Origin: Promethearchaeota archaeon
Lineage (GTDB): Archaea > Asgardarchaeota > Lokiarchaeia > Sigyniarchaeales > SOKP01
Length of the DNA: 64,000 bases
Direction: 5' to 3'
Assembly (NCBI GenBank): GCA_048941285.1
Contig: JBHLNS010000001.1
Location: 96,001-160,000, forward strand
The position numbers and the translations under genes are program-made. Shown here one piece after another: positions 52,980-61,778 of this stretch. Positions within the stretch are counted from its first letter, which is position 1. Each line of letters begins with the position of its first letter. The notes beneath the pieces were generated by a model. It was not told where the DNA came from. It did not search any database and saw only the letters and a list, made by a program, of their open reading frames with translations.

Positions 52980-54272
52980 TTAAGGTTTAGTTATTTTAGG
53001 ATCTTTATCTTTGTCCCAATCTATGGCAAATAGGAAATCTCTACTTGCTTTATTTTTATAAATTAGGGGAAATCCACTCACTTTCTCAAATTTTAAAGCT
53101 AAATCTTCTAAATAATCATATTCAGGAAAAAATTCTTGAACTTCCTTTTCTGCTTTTAACCTATCTTTAATTAATAAGGCTTTAGCCTGTAAAGTAAAGC
53201 CTTTAATTTCAAAAAAATTAGGACTTGTTTTCTCAATTATTTTAGCATATTCATTAATAAAGTTTTCACTAAGATTAAGGTCTTTTATTGCTGTTAATCT
53301 TACAACTGTTCTACTGGATAATGATTTAGTTAAATCTAAACTATCCATTATATTACTCCAGCCATTTCTGATCATTGGACGGCACAATTTTTTATAGACT
53401 TTTTCGTTAGGCGCTGGTAAAGTAACATATAGTTGAGTAGGTAAGGGATCTAATTTTTCAATTCTTTCTGGCAATGTTCCATTAGTAACTATGAAAGTCG
53501 TCATATTACGATTCTTAAATTCTTGAACGAACTCAGAGATTCTTGGATATAAAAGAGGTTCTCCATCTAAAGAAATAGCAGCATGATTTGGCATCATCGC
53601 CTCAGTATGAGCTTGCATAATATCATCTGGAGATGTTAATTCTCTATTAATTAATATTTCTAATTCATCTCTCGAACTAATACAGCAATTTACATCATCA
53701 TCTAATCTAAAGTTATTTGACGAAGAATTAATGGGTCTAATGAATTCTTGATTCTTCAGAAGGGTAACTGCTCGTTCAACTTTATTTTTTGAAACGTGAA
53801 TATTATTACTGAGGGAATTAATACTATGGGTTTGCTCATTATTTAAAAGAATATAATAGAGAATATCAATCATTATTTCATAATTCTCAAGGTATCGTCT
53901 TAATGGTAAGTGATTTTCAATGATATCTTTATGATGTCGCAGCATCTCGTCAATAAGAATTTTAGGGTCATCGGCTTCAACAATAAATTCACTTCCTAGT
54001 GATCCAGATTCGATATCTCTCCAACAAAAGACACATTGATGATTACAAAAAGGTAATGATGGCGTATTTTGCAAGCATCGATGACTTTGTACTCCAAACA
54101 CGCCTTTATAACAATTACGATTATCTCTACCAGTTGCTAACCTCTGCTCAAGCCAATGACAAGGTTTTATAGATGAATGCCTGTTATCTCCAATTATTCT
54201 GTAAGTTGTTTTAGTATAAGATTCAACAAATTCATTTGTAATTTTATTGTCAACTATGAATCTATCATTCAT
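52980..54272 (-). CDS. taw1: Radical-SAM 4-demethylwyosine synthase Tyw1/Taw1 with internal insertion
   Basis: HSSIKPCHW, CYK..FG..SHRCLQ.TP, CNHQCVFCWR, HAAISLDGEP, TFIVTNGT, PTQLYV. Confidence 0.9.
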   Translation of the reverse strand: MNDRFIVDNKITNEFVESYTKTTYRIIGDNRHSSIKPCHWLEQRLATGRDNRNCYKGVFGVQSHRCLQNTPSLPFCNHQCVFCWRDIESGSLGSEFIVEADDPKILIDEMLRHHKDIIENHLPLRRYLENYEIMIDILYYILLNNEQTHSINSLSNNIHVSKNKVERAVTLLKNQEFIRPINSSSNNFRLDDDVNCCISSRDELEILINRELTSPDDIMQAHTEAMMPNHAAISLDGEPLLYPRISEFVQEFKNRNMTTFIVTNGTLPERIEKLDPLPTQLYVTLPAPNEKVYKKLCRPMIRNGWSNIMDSLDLTKSLSSRTVVRLTAIKDLNLSENFINEYAKIIEKTSPNFFEIKGFTLQAKALLIKDRLKAEKEVQEFFPEYDYLEDLALKFEKVSGFPLIYKNKASRDFLFAIDWDKDKDPKITKP

Positions 54273-54443
54273 TAAGGAACCACGTTAAATCCAAAATTCT
54301 CACTAATTTATATAAATAAATTTATTTTATTAAGATATTAAATTATATTCTTTAAAATTATAAGTACGTAAATAATTAGTATAATACTTATAGATTATAA
54401 TCAAAATTTCATAATTGGTTTACTAAGATAAATAAAATGCTGA

Positions 54444-55328
54444 TTGAAAATGTTAAATAGAATTAAAAGCGAACTGTTAAATGTAGGTTTAAAATTTATA
54501 AGTGTAGATGAAAAAATTGTCCGCATGATTCTTGAAACAAGTCCTTCAAACGTAAATGAAATTGTTATCCTTCCAGCAATTAAAATATTGATGAAGAAAT
54601 TAACACAAAAATTACAAAACAAGCGTAATTATGGAAGAGTCTATAGTGGAGAGTTGAATAATGTTAAAGTTAGCATTATCAGTTCATTAATAGGAGCCCC
54701 AAATTGTGCAATGGTCGTAGAGGCTTTAAAACGTTGTAAAACGAAAATTATTATTAGAATTGATGTTTGTGGTGGTATAGAGAATGAAATTAAACCAATT
54801 AATATTGGAGATATATTAGTACCTAAGTTAGCTTTTTGCGATGATGGGACCTGCCCTCAATATTTTAGAGAGAATCCAGCCTTAATAAATGAATTAGAGT
54901 CAATTCCCAATCCAATTGGAAAATTTCAAAATATTTTCACAGGAAATCAAACTGTTTATATATCTAAACCAAATGAAACATTAAATCAAATATTGTTTAA
55001 TAATGGTTCAGCATTTTTAGGCAATAAAGTAAAATTAGTTGATTTATGGACAACAGATGCTCTATTCTGCGAAAGCTTAGATTTCGTAAAAGCTCTGAGT
55101 TCAATAAATATACAATGCATTGATATGGAGTCTTCCATATTATTCTTATTAGGAAAAATTTATAATTTAAAAACAAGTTCCATTCTTTCAGTTTCAGATC
55201 TCCCAGGGCATCCAAAATATGATTTACTTAATTCCAATGAAATACATCCCGAAATGGAGAATGGAATTGATAATACAATAAAAATTCTTATCAAATCATT
55301 ACCCCAAATAAAGAATCAATTGCTATAA
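54444..55328 (+). CDS. Purine/uridine nucleoside phosphorylase family protein
   Basis: IGAP, IIRI..CGGI, IGDILVP, WTTDALF.E, IDMESS, VSD. Confidence 0.8.
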   Translation: MKMLNRIKSELLNVGLKFISVDEKIVRMILETSPSNVNEIVILPAIKILMKKLTQKLQNKRNYGRVYSGELNNVKVSIISSLIGAPNCAMVVEALKRCKTKIIIRIDVCGGIENEIKPINIGDILVPKLAFCDDGTCPQYFRENPALINELESIPNPIGKFQNIFTGNQTVYISKPNETLNQILFNNGSAFLGNKVKLVDLWTTDALFCESLDFVKALSSINIQCIDMESSILFLLGKIYNLKTSSILSVSDLPGHPKYDLLNSNEIHPEMENGIDNTIKILIKSLPQIKNQLL

Positions 55329-55349
55329 TAAATCAATCTTCATTTTAGA

Positions 55350-56246
55350 TTAAAGTCCTTGAAGCAATTGACTAAAATCAGGTTCGTCAAAAAATGTGTT
55401 GTATTTTTTGAGAAGTTCAAAATTTACAAGGAAAATTTTTTTCTCCGCTTTGTTTTTTGTCGTCCTTACAAGATTAAACTGTTTTAATTTTTTAATATGA
55501 TAGAGAATAGTACCACTATAAGTATCAAGATTTTCTCCAATCTGAGAAACGGTTATCTCCTGATCCTTGAAAATTTCTTCTAATATTTTAGGGATTAGTG
55601 GATTTAAAAAAATTACTTTAAATTCTTCATAATCTTCAGGGACATCACTTAAAAAGTAATGAAGAGTTTTACCAATTTTAGTGGATCTTATTAATTCAAA
55701 TCTCTCAAGGGTCATTACATGTTTTAAAAAAGGGGTTCTGGTTATACCTAATTCTTCCTCAACTTTCTCATCCCGCGCATGAATTCCCGGGTAATTTTTA
55801 ATAAAATCTAATACTTTTACAAGTTTATCGTTGCTAAGTATTTCTAATTTAGTCCGTCTTTCATTTGTTACAATCCAATTCTTCTCTTCTAAACTTCGAA
55901 TCGCTAGGAAAATTTCTTCTTTACTATATCCTTTTTTATAAGAATACTTCGCAATACATTTAGCATATAATTTTTCGATTATTGGATATTTTTGGATTTG
56001 AGCTTCTGAAACAATTTCAAATTCAGTATCGTATCGTTTTAATTTTAATATATCTTCAGCAATTTCTAAAACATCTTTTTCTATTTCACTTAGCTCTTCA
56101 ACAATTTCTTCTTTGATTTCTGCTGTGTCTAATTTAATTTCTCTCTTCTCTCCTAAAGGGCTAAAATCAAGACGCCTAAATGAACTATCCTGTAACTTTT
56201 CCTTTTCTTTATTTCCTCTGGGCTCTCTTCTTTTTTCAAGGGACAT
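55350..56246 (-). CDS. Multi winged-HTH transcriptional regulator
   Basis: VLDFIKNYPGIH..HVMTLERFELI; ITVSQIGENLDTYSGTILYHIKKLKQFNLV. Confidence 0.75.
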   Translation of the reverse strand: MSLEKRREPRGNKEKEKLQDSSFRRLDFSPLGEKREIKLDTAEIKEEIVEELSEIEKDVLEIAEDILKLKRYDTEFEIVSEAQIQKYPIIEKLYAKCIAKYSYKKGYSKEEIFLAIRSLEEKNWIVTNERRTKLEILSNDKLVKVLDFIKNYPGIHARDEKVEEELGITRTPFLKHVMTLERFELIRSTKIGKTLHYFLSDVPEDYEEFKVIFLNPLIPKILEEIFKDQEITVSQIGENLDTYSGTILYHIKKLKQFNLVRTTKNKAEKKIFLVNFELLKKYNTFFDEPDFSQLLQGL

Positions 56247-56248
56247 CT

Positions 56249-57868
56249 TTAGGCGTTTTCCTCTAAGAATTGAACAAATTTAATTTGTTCATCATAATCC
56301 ATATATTTTAATTCCTCAACAATTTTATCATAATGTTTAGGTTTAACATTTGGAAGTTTACGAATTCGATTAATTAGCTTTTTTGGTATTTCTTTATATA
56401 AGTTAACTATGGCTTCGATATACTTTACTTGTTCCTCGTATGTTAAAAATGCAAGCTCTTCCAATAATTCTTTCCTTTCCTTTTTAGGAATTTTTAGATC
56501 TAATATTTGCTTTCTTAAATCTTTCGATAAAACAGCAAATATCTTTGAGAAATATTCTTTAACTAACTTCTTATCTTTTTCGTCTTTTACAGGTAGAAGA
56601 GAATCATGCAATCTTAATCTAAATTCTTCTTCTCTTCTCTCTTTTTCTTCTTCATCTATTTTGACGACTAGTTCTTCAGTTTCTTTTATTGGCACTACTT
56701 CAATTTCTTCTTTTTCAATTTTAACTTCTTCCTTCTCTGGAGTCTCACTTACTTGGGTTTCAAAAGTTTTTTCTGTAAATTTTGATTCCGTTTCTTTTTC
56801 CTCCAGAGTTACATCTAAGGGACGCTCCAATTTTCTATATGGCATAGGGGGTATTGGGGGGCTTGGTGGGAGTGGTGGTGATGGAGCATATATTACTGGT
56901 TTTTCAATTTTGGATATCTCTTGAATTTTTTTAGAGGGTTTACCATAACATAAGATAATTATTAATATACCTTTTAGCAGGATAAAAATGCCTGCCGCAA
57001 AAAACATCGTTCCGAAAATCCCCAGAATGATAAACTTAATGCCATCTTTTGAAACAAATTTTTGTTTTTCTTTGATTCTTTTTTTCATTCCACCGTCTAT
57101 AAGTAAAACCACTATTGCAATTAATAGAAAAATAAAATAGATTAGTATTCCTAAGGGGATTTTGATACCAAAGGGTAAACTTATTAGGGTACTGCCACCA
57201 TTTGGGAGATATATCCCTTCTGAAAATGCTCTATAAATGCCGTATAGTATGATTATAAATCCTGCTTTATTAGAAAAGTAATTCAATGAATTTTTTGCTA
57301 GTAAACCATAGTCGTAGATTTTAAACTCTTTATTTTGGGAGTTTGTTAACACAAATATTATGATAAAAATACCTTTGATTAGAATAATCACACCTAAACC
57401 ATACATAATACAGCCTAATATTCCCCAAGAGAATGAATCTAGAAATATTTCATTGTATCTTTTATCCTTTACTTTTTGACTAATATGAATCCTATCATAG
57501 GTTATCAGAAATAAGCAAATTAGGATTTTTAAAATATTGTCTATAAGGCTTCCAAGGATACAATACGGAAATAAATTAAAAAATATTGATACTACTAAAT
57601 AAAAGAAAAAAATGAATAAAGGTATAGCAGATATTTTATTTAAAATTTGAATAAACTTATCTAAACTAGATGACTTTTTTTCAGGTAAGGTATGATACTG
57701 TTTTTTCTCCCTTCTATAAGGAGTTGGAGCAGGCTTGAACTCCACTCCTTCCAAAATAAACGGAGAACCACATCTTTCACAATAAACTTGAATATTACTT
57801 TCGATTAAATGAGAAAGATCTTGAGGGAATACATATCCGCATTCTCTACAGACAAAAATTTTACTCAT
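56249..57868 (-). CDS. Zn-ribbon + multi-TM + Pro-rich/acidic linker + helical C-terminal domain protein
   Basis: CRECG..CERCG; repeated LG..G.I..G.G.IILIKGI TM module; PSPPLPPSPPIPP. Confidence 0.75.
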   Translation of the reverse strand: MSKIFVCRECGYVFPQDLSHLIESNIQVYCERCGSPFILEGVEFKPAPTPYRREKKQYHTLPEKKSSSLDKFIQILNKISAIPLFIFFFYLVVSIFFNLFPYCILGSLIDNILKILICLFLITYDRIHISQKVKDKRYNEIFLDSFSWGILGCIMYGLGVIILIKGIFIIIFVLTNSQNKEFKIYDYGLLAKNSLNYFSNKAGFIIILYGIYRAFSEGIYLPNGGSTLISLPFGIKIPLGILIYFIFLLIAIVVLLIDGGMKKRIKEKQKFVSKDGIKFIILGIFGTMFFAAGIFILLKGILIIILCYGKPSKKIQEISKIEKPVIYAPSPPLPPSPPIPPMPYRKLERPLDVTLEEKETESKFTEKTFETQVSETPEKEEVKIEKEEIEVVPIKETEELVVKIDEEEKERREEEFRLRLHDSLLPVKDEKDKKLVKEYFSKIFAVLSKDLRKQILDLKIPKKERKELLEELAFLTYEEQVKYIEAIVNLYKEIPKKLINRIRKLPNVKPKHYDKIVEELKYMDYDEQIKFVQFLEENA

Positions 57869-57943
57869 CCTTTACAATCACACCTTTGTTATAATCATTT
57901 ATATTTACTTTAATTATTTTCGAATAATATGGATAAAATGAGA

Positions 57944-58429
57944 TTAATGAGAGACAGTGACTGGTTGAATTGCTTGCTGTCTTCTTAATTTTGTACCACA
58001 ATTGACACAAAATACAATTTGACTTGCTTCTAAGTGATATTTCATTTTTTTAGTAATTTTCCTTCCACATTCACTGCAATATTCTAATAAAACCTGAGAT
58101 CCCTTAGTATAATTATTCTGATCATTAACTTTATGATTACTAATTGACTTAGATTTTGATTTACCTGAAATTAAAAGATAAAAACCTTCAAATAATCTAA
58201 AAATTCCATAACCAATATATTTAAGAAGGTAATAAATGCCTTTTATGGTATAGTAAATTAAATATGCGATTCCTTTAATGATGAAATACAGTAAAGTTAC
58301 CGCTAAAGCCAATAGCGCTATAATACCAATAATTGCTAACACTTGCCCATAAAGAGGTTGTTCTAAATACCATTCTATAAAAACTTTATACCAAATTCCA
58401 ATGTTTTCAAGAAAAGTTTCCCAATCCAT
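57944..58429 (-). CDS. Membrane-anchored Zn-ribbon protein
   Basis: N-terminal TM/amphipathic IKGI repeats; YCSECG..FCVNCG. Confidence 0.75.
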   Translation of the reverse strand: MDWETFLENIGIWYKVFIEWYLEQPLYGQVLAIIGIIALLALAVTLLYFIIKGIAYLIYYTIKGIYYLLKYIGYGIFRLFEGFYLLISGKSKSKSISNHKVNDQNNYTKGSQVLLEYCSECGRKITKKMKYHLEASQIVFCVNCGTKLRRQQAIQPVTVSH

Positions 58430-58535
58430 AATTATTTTTCTTATTTTTATTTACTTTTTCTTAATGAAGAAGTATTAAGAATTGATTTTAAAATTCTTGG
58501 AGTCCAATTTTTGAAATGTCAAAGGATGAATTTAA

Positions 58536-59039
58536 TTATATTTTTATTAGATTATTCCAATCTAGAGTTAAAACTGTATTATGAAGGGAATGATCGTCAT
58601 CAACTATGTTATATTTTAGATTAGTAAAAATGCTTTCAGCATAGATTCGAGAGTAGTTTAATGGAACTATTTTATCACGTTTACCATGATATATTATAAC
58701 AGGAATATCAACTTTAGAATAAACCTTAGGATTTAAATTATGATTAGATAAATATGGAGCAAGTAAAACCAATTTTGATATCTTTTCACGGTTTTGGTAT
58801 GTATAAATAGTCGCCATAAGGCCTCCAAAACTAGACCCTATAATAATCCAGGGCGTTTTTTTATTTAATATTGAATATAACTTTTCCATTCGGATTTCTA
58901 GTAATTTTTTAAGTGAAATTTTTGAATTAAATTTTTCAAAATCGGGAGTTAGACATGATGGCAACCATTTTTGAAGGAGTCGCCCTTTAAAACCATTTCC
59001 TGAACTTTCAAGCCCATGAATAAAAATAATATTTTGCAT
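58536..59039 (-). CDS. Alpha/beta hydrolase (YqiA-like esterase)
   Basis: FIHGLES, GSSFGG, HGKRD, DDDH. Confidence 0.85.
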   Translation of the reverse strand: MQNIIFIHGLESSGNGFKGRLLQKWLPSCLTPDFEKFNSKISLKKLLEIRMEKLYSILNKKTPWIIIGSSFGGLMATIYTYQNREKISKLVLLAPYLSNHNLNPKVYSKVDIPVIIYHGKRDKIVPLNYSRIYAESIFTNLKYNIVDDDHSLHNTVLTLDWNNLIKI

Positions 59040-59053
59040 TATTATAATAAGTT

Positions 59054-60112
59054 TTAAGATTCTCTCTCAATAGAAAGATTCTCCATTTCTTCTTTCAATA
59101 GTTTCATTTCTTTTTTATGACCAAAATAAACTAACAAACCAAATATCGAAAAATAAACCGTAAGAATAGTCAATGTATAAAAATAATATATGTAGGTATA
59201 ACTCATAAAATGTAAAGCTAAACCTATAATAAATCCGGTTAATAATCTAGATTCAGTAGAGCTTTTTCTTAATAGAAGTCTTTGAGTTCCCCAATCAATT
59301 AACCCTGGTATAGGAAGAATAATACATAGAATTAAAGCAATTTCAGCACTAAACTCAATTTGGTAAATTTTAAATACTAAATATGTAGTAAAAAGAGCTA
59401 TCAACCCGCCAAGTATTACACCTGAGCATCTTGAACAAAAATAAATTTTAGTCCTACCAAACTTAAGATAAAATGTATGATCACTTGCTGAGATAGGATG
59501 ATGAGTTAAAAACATATAATACAATTGTTTTTCTTCATTAGCAAGCGCTTTATCATAAAGAAATAATAAAACTGGAACTATAAGTAAAACTGATACAAGC
59601 ATCGTGAATAGGAACTTGACGCCAAAATTAACAAAAATTATATCAAGCGTAAATTGACCAGGATAAAAGATAATTTGAAAAACGATTATGAGAGAGGAAA
59701 CTATAAAAGATGTGATAATTAATGCTAAGAGTGTATAAAAAACATTTATATTTTTGTAATATTTTGAAGGCTGGTATTTATAAATTCCTACCAGAAAACC
59801 ATAAATTGCGATAATAACACACCATTCAAGGTAAATACTGTCATAAAATGCTAATTGAAAAATAAATTCTCCTAAAAAACCAGAAATTAAACCATTAATA
59901 GGACCTGCTAAAACAGTTAGAAATGTAAAAAGTAAGAGTGTTATTCCAAAATGAATAGAAAACTCTTGATTATTTATAAATACAGTGGAAATTGAGCCAA
60001 AAGGTTCAGAAATATATACATATGAGATTGTAATAAAAGCAATAATTAATAAATTTAAAAAAATACGTCTTAAAATACCATATTGCCCTTCATTATGAGC
60101 AGAGTCAGTCAA
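59054..60112 (-). CDS. Membrane protein: ECF S-component-like domain fused to a DUF2085-like domain
   Basis: LAGPINGLISGFLGE; THH..H..FCSRCSG, IDWGTQ, RLLTG. Confidence 0.65.
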   Translation of the reverse strand: MTDSAHNEGQYGILRRIFLNLLIIAFITISYVYISEPFGSISTVFINNQEFSIHFGITLLLFTFLTVLAGPINGLISGFLGEFIFQLAFYDSIYLEWCVIIAIYGFLVGIYKYQPSKYYKNINVFYTLLALIITSFIVSSLIIVFQIIFYPGQFTLDIIFVNFGVKFLFTMLVSVLLIVPVLLFLYDKALANEEKQLYYMFLTHHPISASDHTFYLKFGRTKIYFCSRCSGVILGGLIALFTTYLVFKIYQIEFSAEIALILCIILPIPGLIDWGTQRLLLRKSSTESRLLTGFIIGLALHFMSYTYIYYFYTLTILTVYFSIFGLLVYFGHKKEMKLLKEEMENLSIERES

Positions 60113-60160
60113 GATATCTTCTTAATTATTTTTATTTATTATAATTTGTTAGATTTAGTT

Positions 60161-60820
60161 TTAGTTAAAAATTGTATCCAGTTCTTCAATTAATTTCTCT
60201 TTCGTCATTTCAAAACCCATGCGTAATACTTTTAGAATTATGTTTCTTCCGAGAGGAACTTTTAAAATTGAATCATCTTGTTCTACAATAGAGATTCCTT
60301 CATCATTATAATCTAACTGACGCTTTAATGCTTGATATGCTTTTTCTTTTGATTTAAATGCTACCCTTGATAGTTCATTATAATCCTTAACATCATCTTT
60401 TACGTTAAAAATAATGATAGTTTCTTCTACTTGGGTGATAAAACATTTCTTAGTAACTTCTTCCAACTTTTTATAATTGCGATGCGTGTCTTTACACTGG
60501 ATATATGTCTGGTCATTTTTTAGGTAGATAGGAAAGTTTTTATTAATAATTCTATTCAACTGTTCTTTAGAGCCATTTCCATTTTGGATAAATTCCTTCG
60601 CAGAATCAAGAGTAACTTTTATTTGTTCTAATGTTCCCACTTTTGCATCTTTATCAGACCAATATTTATAAAAAGATTTAACAATTGGTTTAACAACCCA
60701 ATTGAGAGAACCCACATCTAATTCAGAGTCTAGAATATCTCGGCCGTAATTAAGGCTGGTTTCCATTTGTTCAATCATTCTTTTTTCTAAGATCTTGTAA
60801 TTTCTGTCTAAGTATTCCAT
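60161..60820 (-). CDS. Hypothetical helical protein (tandem paralog 1)
   Basis: Strong similarity to the 60931 ORF (YL.RNY....RMIEQME, VKP.VK.FY.YW, DQT..QC...H.NY). Confidence 0.8.
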   Translation of the reverse strand: MEYLDRNYKILEKRMIEQMETSLNYGRDILDSELDVGSLNWVVKPIVKSFYKYWSDKDAKVGTLEQIKVTLDSAKEFIQNGNGSKEQLNRIINKNFPIYLKNDQTYIQCKDTHRNYKKLEEVTKKCFITQVEETIIIFNVKDDVKDYNELSRVAFKSKEKAYQALKRQLDYNDEGISIVEQDDSILKVPLGRNIILKVLRMGFEMTKEKLIEELDTIFN

Positions 60821-60930
60821 TATTAATCTCCAATCTCTTTAATACTAGTAATTCTTGTTAGTTTAATCATTTGTTTATTGTTATTATTTGAACTTATTTG
60901 TTAAAATCTATTATGAAATTAATACTTTGG

Positions 60931-61593
60931 CTAAATAGAATCATATGTATCGTTGAGTGATGTAATAAAATCTTTTTTAGTTAAATTAAAGCCTTGTCTA
61001 AGAGCCTTAATTATTATTTTTCTACCTATCGGGATTTTCAAAATTGATAAATCTTCTTCTACTATTTTAATCCCTCTATCTGTAAAATTTAATTGATTCA
61101 TTAAATTTTGTTCGGCTACCTCTTTTGAAGGAAAAGCAACGCGACATAAATCACCATAATTGTCAATTTCCTCTTTTATTTCTAATAGTAAAACAACTTC
61201 TTTTAAATAATTTATAAACGTTTCTTTTGCTACTTGTTTTAATCTTTCATAATTCTTATGTGAATGCGAACATTGGCCATGTGTTTGATCTGCTTCAAGA
61301 TACTTTGGGAAATTTTCTTCTAAAACTTTGTTAAAATTCTCTTCAGTTTTGCCATTGAGTAATATTTGCTTACCAGCCTCTAATGTAATTTTTATTTGTC
61401 TTAATGTTCCGGACCTAGCTTCATTTTTTGCCCAATAATCATAGAAAGTTTTCACTAATGGTTTAACAATGAAGTTTAAGATACCTGTGTCCAATTCTGT
61501 GTCTATAAGTTTTCTTCCTAAGGCAATACTACTTTCCATTTGCTCAATCATTCGTTCTTTTATAATAAGGTAATTTCTCTCTAGGTAATCCAA
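60931..61593 (-). CDS. Hypothetical helical protein (tandem paralog 2), TTG start after GGAG
   Basis: Paralog of the 60161 ORF. Confidence 0.8.
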   Translation of the reverse strand: MDYLERNYLIIKERMIEQMESSIALGRKLIDTELDTGILNFIVKPLVKTFYDYWAKNEARSGTLRQIKITLEAGKQILLNGKTEENFNKVLEENFPKYLEADQTHGQCSHSHKNYERLKQVAKETFINYLKEVVLLLEIKEEIDNYGDLCRVAFPSKEVAEQNLMNQLNFTDRGIKIVEEDLSILKIPIGRKIIIKALRQGFNLTKKDFITSLNDTYDSI

Positions 61594-61778
61594 CGTTTAA
61601 TCTCCATATATTATACAAAACAAAAAATTAATTTCTCAAACTGAATTAATTATTAATAAAAGAATTCGGTTCTTTTAAAATGATTTCATAATCATTATAA
61701 TATTAATTTTATGTGTTGAAAAATCTTTATAATCGAGATAAAATTAAACAATCAAGAGAAATTTAAAAATACTTTAAT

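Noticed and set aside
3217-56924. Many short antisense or overlapping ORFs in the track (e.g. 4791-5087, 31680-32030, 56409-56924, 13473-13679)
   Set aside because: Shadows of well-supported genes on the other strand or frame; low-complexity S/F-rich translations
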